Positions 38,458-47,849 of a DNA stretch of 64,000 nucleotides are shown here, piece after piece. Within the stretch, counting starts at the first letter, position 1. Each line of letters opens with the position of its first letter. A program made the position numbers and the translations under genes. Source of the stretch: Candidatus Obscuribacteraceae bacterium. GTDB lineage: Bacteria; Cyanobacteriota; Vampirovibrionia; Obscuribacterales; Obscuribacteraceae. The stretch spans positions 992,001 through 1,056,000 of the forward strand of contig JBGASG010000001.1 in assembly GCA_044229845.1 (NCBI GenBank). The letters run 5' to 3'. Below the pieces are notes generated by a model. It was not told the origin of the DNA. It did no database searches and saw only the letters and a program-made list of their open reading frames with translations.

Positions 38458-39690
38458 GTGACAATGCGCAAATTTGAGAGAAGCCACCCCTGCGTTCTGT
38501 CGCCCGACGCCTTCAAGCAGGCGTTGCAGAAGTACGCCGTGCGGCATGTCAAGGGTGAGGCTGTATTTTCGCTGATCTCCGTGCGAGTGACGAATTTTGC
38601 CGATCTGTCGACTAAATACGGAGCAACGGCCACACTTGTGGCTGGTGACTCGTTGCTCGGAGCGTGCTTAAAAGGATTGCGCCAGCAGGACCGTGTTTGT
38701 CTACCTGCTGACGACTTTTTCCTGTTTCTTCTGCCGGAAGCTGATCAAAGTGGGGTCGAACAGGCCTGCGCGCGCATTATTCAGATTATTGCCGACGCGA
38801 AGTTGAAGCACGACGGCAATACGTTGAAGCCGGAGGGTGAGGTGCTCTCGACCCATCTCGGCGACGCAGTTTGTGACATTGATGCGATGTTGCATGACGT
38901 GGGGGCCACCCTGGACGAGCATGGAGAGATCATCAGGCGCACGCCTGAAGCTCAACAACGCACGATTGCCAGTGCGAATCTGGAGAGCTGGTTGCTGCGA
39001 TATGAAGGCTTTTCTGGACGAGACGGCGACAGCCCGCGCCCAGTCGTAGCGCGCGATTGCTGGAGCACCAGCCGCGTCAACATAAGGCGTGCGATACCAC
39101 AGGCGGAGACCGCTGTGCGCGCCGCTTGGGAAGATGTGGTTAAGCGTGCGCGTGTTCTTCAACACATCGAACATCCCTGCTTGAATCGGCTGATCGATTT
39201 TCACCCTGATGAGACGCACAGCAGTTTGTTTGTTGTCTGGCGATGTTTAGAGGGCGAGACTCTGTCCACCGCTCTAGCAAAAAAGTCCCTCCCGGTCAGC
39301 AGCGCCTTGCGCTGGATCGGCGAGCTGATCGGTGCGCTCGCTTACTTGCAGGGGTTGGTACCGCCGGCGGTGCCCTCCGAATTGACATCGCAATGTGTGA
39401 CGATACTTGGGGATGACATTGTCATTGACTGCAGTTTCGATGCATATGTCTTCAACGAGAATCCACCGGCGGAAGAGACATCGAGGCGTTTGCTGCTGCA
39501 GACCGCCGGGCTGATGGGCGAGATCACTGATGCTACCGAGAGTTCGCAGTTGCCGGCGGAGCTCACTCAGATCATTGATGACCTAAAAAAGGACAAGTTG
39601 CCGCCGGCTCTCAATACGATGCACAAATTGCGTTCGGCGGTGCGCAAAATCATAGAACGCGCCGAAACCGAGGTGAAAAAACATGCTTAA
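38458..39690 (+). CDS. Degenerate GGDEF domain fused to a Ser/Thr pseudokinase domain
   Basis: LRQQDRVCLPADDFFLFLLP (GGDEF motif lost); VLQHIEHPCL..LIDF, LEGETL, ALAYLQ, with no HRD or DFG motif. Confidence 0.7.
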   Translation: MTMRKFERSHPCVLSPDAFKQALQKYAVRHVKGEAVFSLISVRVTNFADLSTKYGATATLVAGDSLLGACLKGLRQQDRVCLPADDFFLFLLPEADQSGVEQACARIIQIIADAKLKHDGNTLKPEGEVLSTHLGDAVCDIDAMLHDVGATLDEHGEIIRRTPEAQQRTIASANLESWLLRYEGFSGRDGDSPRPVVARDCWSTSRVNIRRAIPQAETAVRAAWEDVVKRARVLQHIEHPCLNRLIDFHPDETHSSLFVVWRCLEGETLSTALAKKSLPVSSALRWIGELIGALAYLQGLVPPAVPSELTSQCVTILGDDIVIDCSFDAYVFNENPPAEETSRRLLLQTAGLMGEITDATESSQLPAELTQIIDDLKKDKLPPALNTMHKLRSAVRKIIERAETEVKKHA

Positions 39691-40873
39691 CTTCGGGAGA
39701 TTGATGCCGCAGATTGCGGAAGTCGGGCAGGAAAGCGTCAACGAGCTTGACTCGCAAGAGGCGCGTCTTTTGGCTGCGCAGGAAACATTCGACGAGGTCA
39801 CAGAAAATCCGGACTCCTTCGCAGTGCGCATGCTCGATAACGTCGATCATGCGCAGTGGCCGCTGTCGATTCCGCTGGAGCCGATTTCCACACAAAAATC
39901 CGTACAACCGCTGGCGTCACCGCATACGGTGGTAGCCTGCGACGGCTCGCAAATTCTGCCCAGCCATCACGAGGTCTATAGCTGTTATCTACTCAACATC
40001 GGCAGTGCGTTGATTACCTACGGTACTCTGCAGCCGCCTATTCTGGAATCGCAACCGCATCTGTATCACCGCCCGCATGAGTTGTATCCGTTGATCAATG
40101 GCCGGCGCATGCATGTCGATGAACAGTTTGTCGCCCTCGAACGCAATTTACTGGAATTGGAACAGGTCTGTCAGCGGGCCATTGCTGCTCGTGAGCGTTT
40201 GCAACCGGTGGTGGCATTCGTTGACGGCAGCCTGATTCCCTGGGGCATGCACGACATGCCATTGCCCTATCAGACCGAGTTCACCGTCCGCATCATCGGT
40301 GCATTGGAGCGCCTCAGGCAATATCAGGTGCCGATTGTCGGATACATCAGTCATAGTCGCAGTTCAGATTTGATCAACGATCTGCGTGTCTGGCGTTGTC
40401 CTTATCCCAAGGCGCGCTGTCGCGACCACTGCGGCTCGCTCAATGAGGAAGAGTACCCATGTTCGTCTCTCTGGCCGATGACCGACCGACAACTGTTGAT
40501 GGCGGCGTTGCCCAAGCATCGTCGCACCTGCGTCTTCAAATCGTCGGCCGCGGCGCTTGATGCGTTTCCTTTGCCTGAGAAAACCTGCTTTGCGTATCTC
40601 AACGTCGGACACGAAGTGGCGCGTCTGGAGTTTCCTCACTGGGTGTTCGCCGACCCGAAGTACTTCGAATTAATGCTATCGGCGACGCTCACTCAGGCTG
40701 ACAAGGGTATGGGTTATCCAGTCGCGCTGTCAGAAGCACATAATTTGGCTGTAATTCGCGCCAGTGACCGCAGCAAGTTTTTCGATCTGCTAACCAAACA
40801 TCTGGTCAGCCTGGGGGTCGGAAAAGTCCGCGTAAGCCCCAAAGAATCACGCAAACGGCGCAGCATAATCTAA
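39683..40873 (+). CDS. nurA: NurA domain nuclease
   Basis: ACDGSQ, FVDGSL, ARLEFP, GYPVALSEAHNLA. Confidence 0.85.
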   Translation: MLNFGRLMPQIAEVGQESVNELDSQEARLLAAQETFDEVTENPDSFAVRMLDNVDHAQWPLSIPLEPISTQKSVQPLASPHTVVACDGSQILPSHHEVYSCYLLNIGSALITYGTLQPPILESQPHLYHRPHELYPLINGRRMHVDEQFVALERNLLELEQVCQRAIAARERLQPVVAFVDGSLIPWGMHDMPLPYQTEFTVRIIGALERLRQYQVPIVGYISHSRSSDLINDLRVWRCPYPKARCRDHCGSLNEEEYPCSSLWPMTDRQLLMAALPKHRRTCVFKSSAAALDAFPLPEKTCFAYLNVGHEVARLEFPHWVFADPKYFELMLSATLTQADKGMGYPVALSEAHNLAVIRASDRSKFFDLLTKHLVSLGVGKVRVSPKESRKRRSII

Positions 40874-40992
40874 CGAAATTCTCAGCGAGCGCAGACCTAA
40901 AATGGCGCACATTCGCGGGTTGTCAGTTAGTGCTAATATCCGAGCAATTGCCAGTCTGCGTGACGTGCGCGGCAAGTTGTAAGGAGTCTGTT

Positions 40993-42174
40993 GTGTCTTT
41001 AGCTCTCGAAAAAGCTCTGGTGGCATCTCACCCCCTCAACGACATCGCTAAGAAAGTCGTTGCCGGAGAACGTATCTCCAAAGCAGACGCCATGCGTCTC
41101 TATGAGTCGAACGACATGGTGACGATTGGTGCTCTCGGCGAACACGCGCGTCAGCGCAAGGCAGGCGCCGGCAAAGAGAACTACGTCTATTACATCCACA
41201 ACATGCATCTCAACCCGACCAACTTCTGTGTTGAGACGTGCCGTTTCTGTTCGTACTCCAATCCGCTCAGCAAGTCTTATACATGGAACGTTGAGCAAGT
41301 CATGGAAAAAGCGCGTCAAGGCGTTGCTGATGGTATCAATGAAATCCACATGGTGGGCGGACTGAATCCCAAGTGCGACCTCAACTACTACGAAGAAGTC
41401 TTCCGCTCGATCAAAAAAGAATTTCCGCATTTGCATTTGAAAGCAATGACTGCGGTTGAGATCGAATACCTCGCCAATCTGGCACAGATATCTCAGCGTG
41501 AGTGCCTGGAACGCCTGATTCAAGCCGGTCTCGGCTCAATGCCGGGCGGCGGCGCCGAAATATTTGATGAGTCGGTACGCAAGAAAATGCGCGTCAAGAA
41601 AACTCCTGCCGATGTCTGGCTGGGGGTGCATGGTATCGCTCACGATCTCGGATTGAAGAGCAATGCCACCATGCTTACGGGTATCGGTGAAACAGATGAA
41701 CACAAGATCGACCACATGATGCTCCTGCGTGAACAGCAAGACAAATCGGGCGGCTTCATGTGTTTCATCCCGTTGAAGTGCTACTACGAAGGCACCACTA
41801 TCGAGCCGGGCGAAGTGCAAGAACCGAGCGGCTACGATTTGCTCAAAGATGTCGCGATATCACGGATGGTGCTGGATAACTTCCCGCATATCAAAGCATA
41901 TTGGATTCAGCTTGGTGAGTCGCTGGCGCAAGTGGCGCTCTCCTTTGGAGCCGACGACATGGACGGCACCATTCAAGAAGAGAAGATCACACACGCCGCC
42001 GGAGCCAAAACGCCGCTGCAACTGGCTAAAGAGCGCATGGAGTTTTTGATCGCCGAAGCCGGCTACACGCCCGTCGAGCGCGATACTCTCTATAACATCG
42101 TGCGCGTTGCGCAAGTGCAACCGACCTTCGGCGCTCCGCTGCCGGCAGCCAAAGTGCCGGTAGGCATCAGCTAA
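40993..42174 (+). CDS. mqnE: CofH/MqnE radical SAM protein, probably aminofutalosine synthase
   Basis: NPTNFCVETCRFC, EIHMVGG, MPGGGAEIF, HIKAYW, FGADDMDGT, PVERDTLY; AAGGAG before GTG 40993. Confidence 0.8.
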   Translation: MSLALEKALVASHPLNDIAKKVVAGERISKADAMRLYESNDMVTIGALGEHARQRKAGAGKENYVYYIHNMHLNPTNFCVETCRFCSYSNPLSKSYTWNVEQVMEKARQGVADGINEIHMVGGLNPKCDLNYYEEVFRSIKKEFPHLHLKAMTAVEIEYLANLAQISQRECLERLIQAGLGSMPGGGAEIFDESVRKKMRVKKTPADVWLGVHGIAHDLGLKSNATMLTGIGETDEHKIDHMMLLREQQDKSGGFMCFIPLKCYYEGTTIEPGEVQEPSGYDLLKDVAISRMVLDNFPHIKAYWIQLGESLAQVALSFGADDMDGTIQEEKITHAAGAKTPLQLAKERMEFLIAEAGYTPVERDTLYNIVRVAQVQPTFGAPLPAAKVPVGIS

Positions 42175-42391
42175 GATTTGCGAAAAGAAGCGCTGCCGCG
42201 GTGACGCCGCCGAGCAGCAGTCCCAGCGACGGCTCGCACTCGTCTCCGGCACTGGTCTTCGATTGACTGGTGGCCCTGTAGTGGGCCGCCCAACCTTCTC
42301 CTTTCGATAAAACGAGCCCTCGTGGCCCAGTGTTGGGCCAGATCATCGTATTCCGGCCGCGTAGTGGGCCAGTCACTAATGACGCAGCGTA

Positions 42392-43021
42392 TTACTTGCT
42401 CTTCTTAGCTGTTGTCGTCGGTGCGGCTTTGGCTTGCATTGCCTGCAGACCCTTGTGCTGCGCCGGTGCTGCCGCCGGTTTGTGCTGGGCAACTTTGTGT
42501 GCGACCGGACGCCGCGCTCGCCGTGCACCACCGCCGCCACCGCCCCAACTGCCGCTGGGACCGGCGCTCGATGTTTCAATCGAACCGTCGGCATTGCGTT
42601 TGACCGTGACACCACCGCCGCCACCATAGGATCCGCCACCGCCACCGCCGCCGGAATAACCTCCGCCGTCGCCGATCGGACCGTCATCGGTGAAGCCGCC
42701 GGGCGGGATGACTCCGCTGGGACCGGCACTATAAGTCTCTATGGAGCCGTCTTTGTTTCTGTGCAGCGATACGCCGCCTCCGCCTCCAGTACGGAAATTG
42801 GTCTTACCTCCCGACCTGGCCGGCGCCGGGCTATAGACAGGTGTAGGTGGAGGCGCCGCAGCGCCCGCTTCAACGCTGTCGTCGTCGATGGCTTCCCACT
42901 TGGTCGAGCCATCTGCGTTTTTGGAAGAACGGACCGTGTTGTCGGCTAAAACTATGGGTGCCAGGGAAAACAAACATATCAGCGCGACAAGGGTAAATCG
43001 CGCAATCTTGAATTGCACCAT
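42392..43021 (-). CDS. Secreted Gly-rich protein with three NxDGS repeats
   Basis: Signal peptide; KNADGSTK, RNKDGSIETYSAGPSG, RNADGSIETSSAGPSG; basic tail. Confidence 0.7.
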   Translation of the reverse strand: MVQFKIARFTLVALICLFSLAPIVLADNTVRSSKNADGSTKWEAIDDDSVEAGAAAPPPTPVYSPAPARSGGKTNFRTGGGGGVSLHRNKDGSIETYSAGPSGVIPPGGFTDDGPIGDGGGYSGGGGGGGSYGGGGGVTVKRNADGSIETSSAGPSGSWGGGGGGARRARRPVAHKVAQHKPAAAPAQHKGLQAMQAKAAPTTTAKKSK

Positions 43022-43400
43022 GGTTCGCCTCTTAGTAATTCATACAAGGGAAAAGTGAAACACCAGCGTAGCCTTGCCTGCCTGCGATGTCAAGCATTTA
43101 ATCTTCTTGTGCCCAGTTCGGAGCAGCTTCAACTAACGGGCGACCAGCTCCATCAGTTCTTTGCCGAACAGCTCTCGAGTCAGCCGCAACTGACGCGCTG
43201 GAAAGTCGCGCAGCGTCGCCGCACAACTGAGCCGAAGCTGCCAACCGCAAACGGGCGCCACTTCTTCCGCAGTTGGACGCAGCTGATTTCATAATCGGAC
43301 GGCGTATTTCACGCGTCCGCGTGCGTGGTTCTACTCTACCCAACCGGCCGTTGATGGCGTACATTTGGGCAAACCCGTTCCCCCACACTGAGGCAGCCCT

Positions 43401-44804
43401 ATGAGCGGCACCGGTAGGCTTTCAGACGCGGCATCCACAGACAGAGCATTGAAGTCAGCGGACATTGCAGCCGCATTCCTGAACGGGGAGCCTCCGACTC
43501 GCCGCCCCACAGCGACGCCGCAGTCCGTGGCTCCGGTAGAAACTGCAACCCAAGTTGGGGACGCGAGCACCACGGCAGCGGCTAAAGCGGCCTCTGCAGG
43601 AAACGGCGGAAAGCTCACCCGCCGCGACGAGATTACCCGTCTACTCGACCACCAGAGCAAGGAGCCGCTGTCCGACCGGGATCGGCGCGAAATGGGCGCC
43701 TGGTTGACCAGCCACTTTTCGCGACTGACTGAAGCCAACCTTGCCCTGGGCGATGGCGTCAGCAAAGACGATGTAATCGAAAGCTACGCATCGGCCAAAT
43801 GGAACGACAACAGTAGGTTCCTTTGGTCAGACATGCGCATGCTGAAGCGTGTAGCATCGCATTTCGATACTCTGGCGCTCGGCGGCACCACGGCAGATTC
43901 CGTGGAGAAGGAAGACATCGACACGGTGATCAAGCGCGGCACCGTCAAACGCAGCGACAACGACGTGACCACGACATTCCCCGACGGTAGTCTCACGCGC
44001 CGCACCAATAGCGGTGACCTGTTCAAGAAGGACGCGGATGGCTCGATGCACTTTCAGGCTTCAACCGTGCAGATGGAGTTGGCGGCCAACGGCTCCGGCT
44101 ATCTACGTATGCAAGCGCCCAAGCTATTTGGCGGCGGTTCAGAGCCCAAAGAGATCAAACTGACCCGCGGCTCCAACAATGGCTGGTCGGGAGTAACAGA
44201 AAACGGCGATCCGCTGGAACTCTCAATCGATGATCATTCCGTGCGAGTGCGCAGCGACGACATGGATATGCTGCTCACCACCAATGGTGGCTATATCCGC
44301 GATCCGGGCGATCCGAATTTTGCAATCTTCATCAACACCGACGGATCTCTGACCATGAACGAGGATGGCAAAGTTGCCACCATCGCACGCAATCCGGAAA
44401 ACGGCATTCTAATGTCCAAAGAACGCGACGGCAGCATCTCCGTCAAGTATCCCTTCGGTGCAGATTATTATCGCAACGCGGATGGCACCGCCGGTTTTGA
44501 CGGCACCCACGGATTGCCGAACGTCGGCATCAAAGCAGACGGCACCATAACTGTCTTTGACAAAGAAGCAGTAAAGGAAGCCGCCGTCACCAGGACGGCA
44601 GATGGTATCAGCCAAGCCAAACTGCAGAGCGGCGTGGTCGTCAATTACGACAGCGGGAAGAAACTCTTGTCGTTCGTCCTGCCGGTTGATCCCGATGACC
44701 CGTCCGTGAATGTCACCATGTCCTACGATGAAGGCGGCACATTCTCGTTGCGTCCGCCCGTAGGCGATTCAATAGAAATGAAACCACCCGTCATCAAGTA
44801 TTAA
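43401..44804 (+). CDS. Hypothetical protein with beta-hairpin (xxDGS/T) repeats
   Basis: 467-aa ORF with recurring PDGS/ADGS/TDGS/ADGT turns. Confidence 0.75.
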   Translation: MSGTGRLSDAASTDRALKSADIAAAFLNGEPPTRRPTATPQSVAPVETATQVGDASTTAAAKAASAGNGGKLTRRDEITRLLDHQSKEPLSDRDRREMGAWLTSHFSRLTEANLALGDGVSKDDVIESYASAKWNDNSRFLWSDMRMLKRVASHFDTLALGGTTADSVEKEDIDTVIKRGTVKRSDNDVTTTFPDGSLTRRTNSGDLFKKDADGSMHFQASTVQMELAANGSGYLRMQAPKLFGGGSEPKEIKLTRGSNNGWSGVTENGDPLELSIDDHSVRVRSDDMDMLLTTNGGYIRDPGDPNFAIFINTDGSLTMNEDGKVATIARNPENGILMSKERDGSISVKYPFGADYYRNADGTAGFDGTHGLPNVGIKADGTITVFDKEAVKEAAVTRTADGISQAKLQSGVVVNYDSGKKLLSFVLPVDPDDPSVNVTMSYDEGGTFSLRPPVGDSIEMKPPVIKY

Positions 44805-44819
44805 TCCAGCGTATCTCGA

Positions 44820-46493
44820 CTAATCCAGATTCGCCGCTTTGGCACGGTTGATGGCGGTGCGCACGTTTTTTGCGCCCTTGTCGTCATGGGCTTGCGTGAG
44901 CATCTTCACATAGTCCTCCATGGCGTATTCGTAGTCGAGCGGATTGGTCTGCAACACCCGTTTATACAGAGCCGTTGCGATGCGTTTGTTCGCCTGCGTA
45001 ATCGGATGGTTCTCGCCCCAGAAATTACGCGACGACAGCCAGGCCGTATATTGCGAGTGCGCCAGCGTTGAAGCGGCGCTCAGCGAATCGCGAGATTCAG
45101 GACCTGCCGCCTGGTCGTCTCGCATCAACCGCACCGTCTCTGCCACCATCGACGTGCGATAGCTCTCACTTGGTGCGCAAGTAATCGAGTCCCAGTATTC
45201 GAGATTTGGTGTCAGCATATCTATCTGTGCGCAGAGTTTGTCTTCTTCGCGACCGGCATCGTCGCGTTTCTTCACGAGCTTGAATTTGTGATAGCGCTCA
45301 GGTTTTGTGCTTGACCCTGGCGGATGTCCCCAGACCGATGCGTTGCCGCTGATTTCGTCGGCGCCGACCCAGGTCGATTCCAACCTCATGTTAGGCTCGC
45401 CGATGATGCGCATAACTAACTTGCCGTCGTCTCCAAAGATCCCTTCAACTCGTCCCCCGGCCGGAGTGAGTGTATCGCTGAAGTTGTAGCCTGAATATCC
45501 GTAGATGCGATCGCCGAGCTTCCAGAGTATCGCATGAATAACTGCCGGTCCTTCGGCCACGCCACCGCGCCTCGATAATCCATATTCAACTTTGATCGGC
45601 GGATCGAGCTGCAATTCCCACGACCTGCCGAACTCCGGATCCGGTCTCTGAAACGCGGCGAGCTCAGGCGGCTGCGGTCGATTTGGATTGATGTACGTAG
45701 CCATTCCCAGCGAACTGGTGTCTTCCTCGGGCACATCGAAACTGCTAATAATCGTCCCTTGATAGTTTTTTGGATCTGATACCGTAATCGATGCGTTCGT
45801 TTTGCCGGTTGCCGCAACACGTGTCAATGTGACATGCGCGGGACCGATATCGAATTCCATATTGGTTGATGGTGTCTTGGTCGGTTCGTACAAGGCTTTT
45901 ATGTCTACAGTCTTAATGCCGAAGTTGGTAATCAGCATCACGTGCGTCGAAGCGTCCCTGCCAACCACCAGCAATGGACTGTGGGACACCAGCGTGTACC
46001 GCATACCTTCCTCAGTCCTGGTGGGATACACGGGGTGACCATCTTCCCATGCGAATGCTCCGGATGTTGCTTTGCTTGTGGCGGACATCTCGGGTGCCGG
46101 TGCGTCCTTTGAAGTGACGCGCACCGCATAAACAGGATCGTCGCTGTTTTCCACATCTCGTCGTAACCCGAGGCATTCGATGCTGAACGTCTTTCCCGAA
46201 TCCCATACTTGCAAGCGATTGCTGAGCGGCAGCGAGTTGCCTTCTGTCCCCGCATAATTCAGGTGCACCACCGGACCTGATTCGTCGGCATCGATGTGCA
46301 AATGCGGCGTAAGTTCAATAGTGGAATTTCGATCTACCGACTGGACGCCTGACGGAAGCGGATACTGTTCGCCGCCGCTCAAACCCATGCCGCAACCACT
46401 GAGCGAGCCGAGCACCGCGAACGCAATTCCGAGCCTTCGAATCATAAGGAATTTTGGCATCTCTAAAAGCGTAGCAAACGGCGTACTGCTCAT
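44820..46493 (-). CDS. Hypothetical lipoprotein with a helical C-terminus
   Basis: Lipobox-like LSGC after a hydrophobic segment; 557-aa ORF. Confidence 0.7.
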   Translation of the reverse strand: MSSTPFATLLEMPKFLMIRRLGIAFAVLGSLSGCGMGLSGGEQYPLPSGVQSVDRNSTIELTPHLHIDADESGPVVHLNYAGTEGNSLPLSNRLQVWDSGKTFSIECLGLRRDVENSDDPVYAVRVTSKDAPAPEMSATSKATSGAFAWEDGHPVYPTRTEEGMRYTLVSHSPLLVVGRDASTHVMLITNFGIKTVDIKALYEPTKTPSTNMEFDIGPAHVTLTRVAATGKTNASITVSDPKNYQGTIISSFDVPEEDTSSLGMATYINPNRPQPPELAAFQRPDPEFGRSWELQLDPPIKVEYGLSRRGGVAEGPAVIHAILWKLGDRIYGYSGYNFSDTLTPAGGRVEGIFGDDGKLVMRIIGEPNMRLESTWVGADEISGNASVWGHPPGSSTKPERYHKFKLVKKRDDAGREEDKLCAQIDMLTPNLEYWDSITCAPSESYRTSMVAETVRLMRDDQAAGPESRDSLSAASTLAHSQYTAWLSSRNFWGENHPITQANKRIATALYKRVLQTNPLDYEYAMEDYVKMLTQAHDDKGAKNVRTAINRAKAANLD

Positions 46494-46860
46494 TCAACCA
46501 CGGGTTACGCCGAGTGCCACGGGGAGGAGTTCTGTTTTAATGCATACAGTCACTAGGGTAGGGCGTTCAGTTGGGATGTCGAGAAGGATTGAAATGCCGC
46601 CAATGTAGCGGAATGTGTCGCGTCTTATATGGTTTCCCACTACACAGAGCCGCTTACCGTGCGCCTCGGAGCGGGACTGACGTAGGCGAATGCCCGCAAC
46701 TCCCTCGCACGAATAATCGTGGAAAAGCGCACGCAGTGCAGCTTTCCTGGCACGCAAGCGCATGGGCAATTCGATGCTTCACCGCGGCCGGTGGCACTCT
46801 CCTCCGCTGGGGAAAGCCGCAGAACCTGCATTCCAAGCGCCTTTCCTACTTCTGCGTCCA

Positions 46861-46889
46861 TTGACAACCTTGTGAGCATTTGCTATTCT
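46861..46889 (+). promoter_or_regulatory. Sigma70-type promoter TTGACA-N17-TATTCT with extended -10 TG
   Basis: Near-consensus boxes at the correct spacing. Confidence 0.75.
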
Positions 46890-46895
46890 ACACTT

Positions 46896-47345
46896 TAGGA
46901 AACCGCATCACGACCCGTCGGAGATGAGACTTGCGGTCGTAGTTGCAAAACATTTGCAGGAAGGCAGGGGAGATTGAAATAGGAGGAACCAAACTCACAC
47001 TAGCAGGAATCGGTGTTTGTCCTTAGTACCACGAGCGATATCAACTTATCAGTTGATTGATGGCTAGATTGGCAGAAGTACGTAAGTACAAACAGCCGCT
47101 TCAGGAATTATTCAACGACAGAACACGCAGCACACGCTGGGGCTGGCAGAGCGAAGTCTCTGACGATGCTTGGCGGGTAATGGGAAGGAAGCCTCATTCC
47201 AAGACGAGGAAGGCGCCTTTTCTATCGACCTAAGCCAGCCTCAGCGTTGTTCCCAACAATCCTGACAAGGAGAGTTGTCGAAGTTCCGTTCTGGCAGCGA
47301 ATAGAGCACTGCGAGACCCCATATCTCGCATATCCGAACTCATAC
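46896..47345 (+). ncRNA. Candidate structured 5' leader RNA of the RHS operon
   Basis: About 470 nt with no ORF of 60 aa or more; 14-bp closing helix 47134-47147/47234-47247 plus several hairpins. Confidence 0.45.
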
Positions 47346-47367
47346 TCGCACGGAGGTGTGGTGCGTC

Positions 47368-47829
47368 ATGTTGCACGTCTTTAACGAGCACCATAAGCGG
47401 TGCTGTGCTTCAAAAGCGAAGTTTCGCCGCTTCGACCTGATAGAACAAATACTCTGGCTCACGGTAGTCCTCGGGGCAATTCTGCTGTTGATTTGTCTGG
47501 CGGCCCAGGCAGCCACCCGTGACCCCGTTTTCAGCCTGCCTTCCTCGACCTTGTCGAAGCCGGCTCAAGTGGCAATCAGTATTCCTTGTAATGGAGAAAC
47601 GCGCTACACCATCGACGGTACCACCCCCAGTGGCAGTAGCGCGCTCTATACAAAACCATTCCTGGTTAGCTGGACACAGACGGTAAAGGCTATCTCAATT
47701 GTGAGTGCTGTTTCTAGCAACGTCGTTTCCAAAACGTATACATTGGATTCGGCAAAGTTTCCCGCACCATCCGCTGGTGGCACCACCGCACCAGTGATTA
47801 ACTTACAACTTCCTACGACCGGTCAGTAA
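47368..47829 (+). CDS. Secreted chitobiase/beta-hexosaminidase C-terminal (Fn3-associated) domain protein
   Basis: PVFS, RYTIDGTTPS.SS.LYTKPF, TVKAI; GGAGG upstream. Confidence 0.8.
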   Translation: MLHVFNEHHKRCCASKAKFRRFDLIEQILWLTVVLGAILLLICLAAQAATRDPVFSLPSSTLSKPAQVAISIPCNGETRYTIDGTTPSGSSALYTKPFLVSWTQTVKAISIVSAVSSNVVSKTYTLDSAKFPAPSAGGTTAPVINLQLPTTGQ

Positions 47830-47849
47830 TCTGACAAAGAAGGAGAACT

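Noticed and set aside
47160..47215. CTGACGA as a hammerhead ribozyme core
   Set aside because: No GAAA after the following stem and no consistent stem I/III arrangement.
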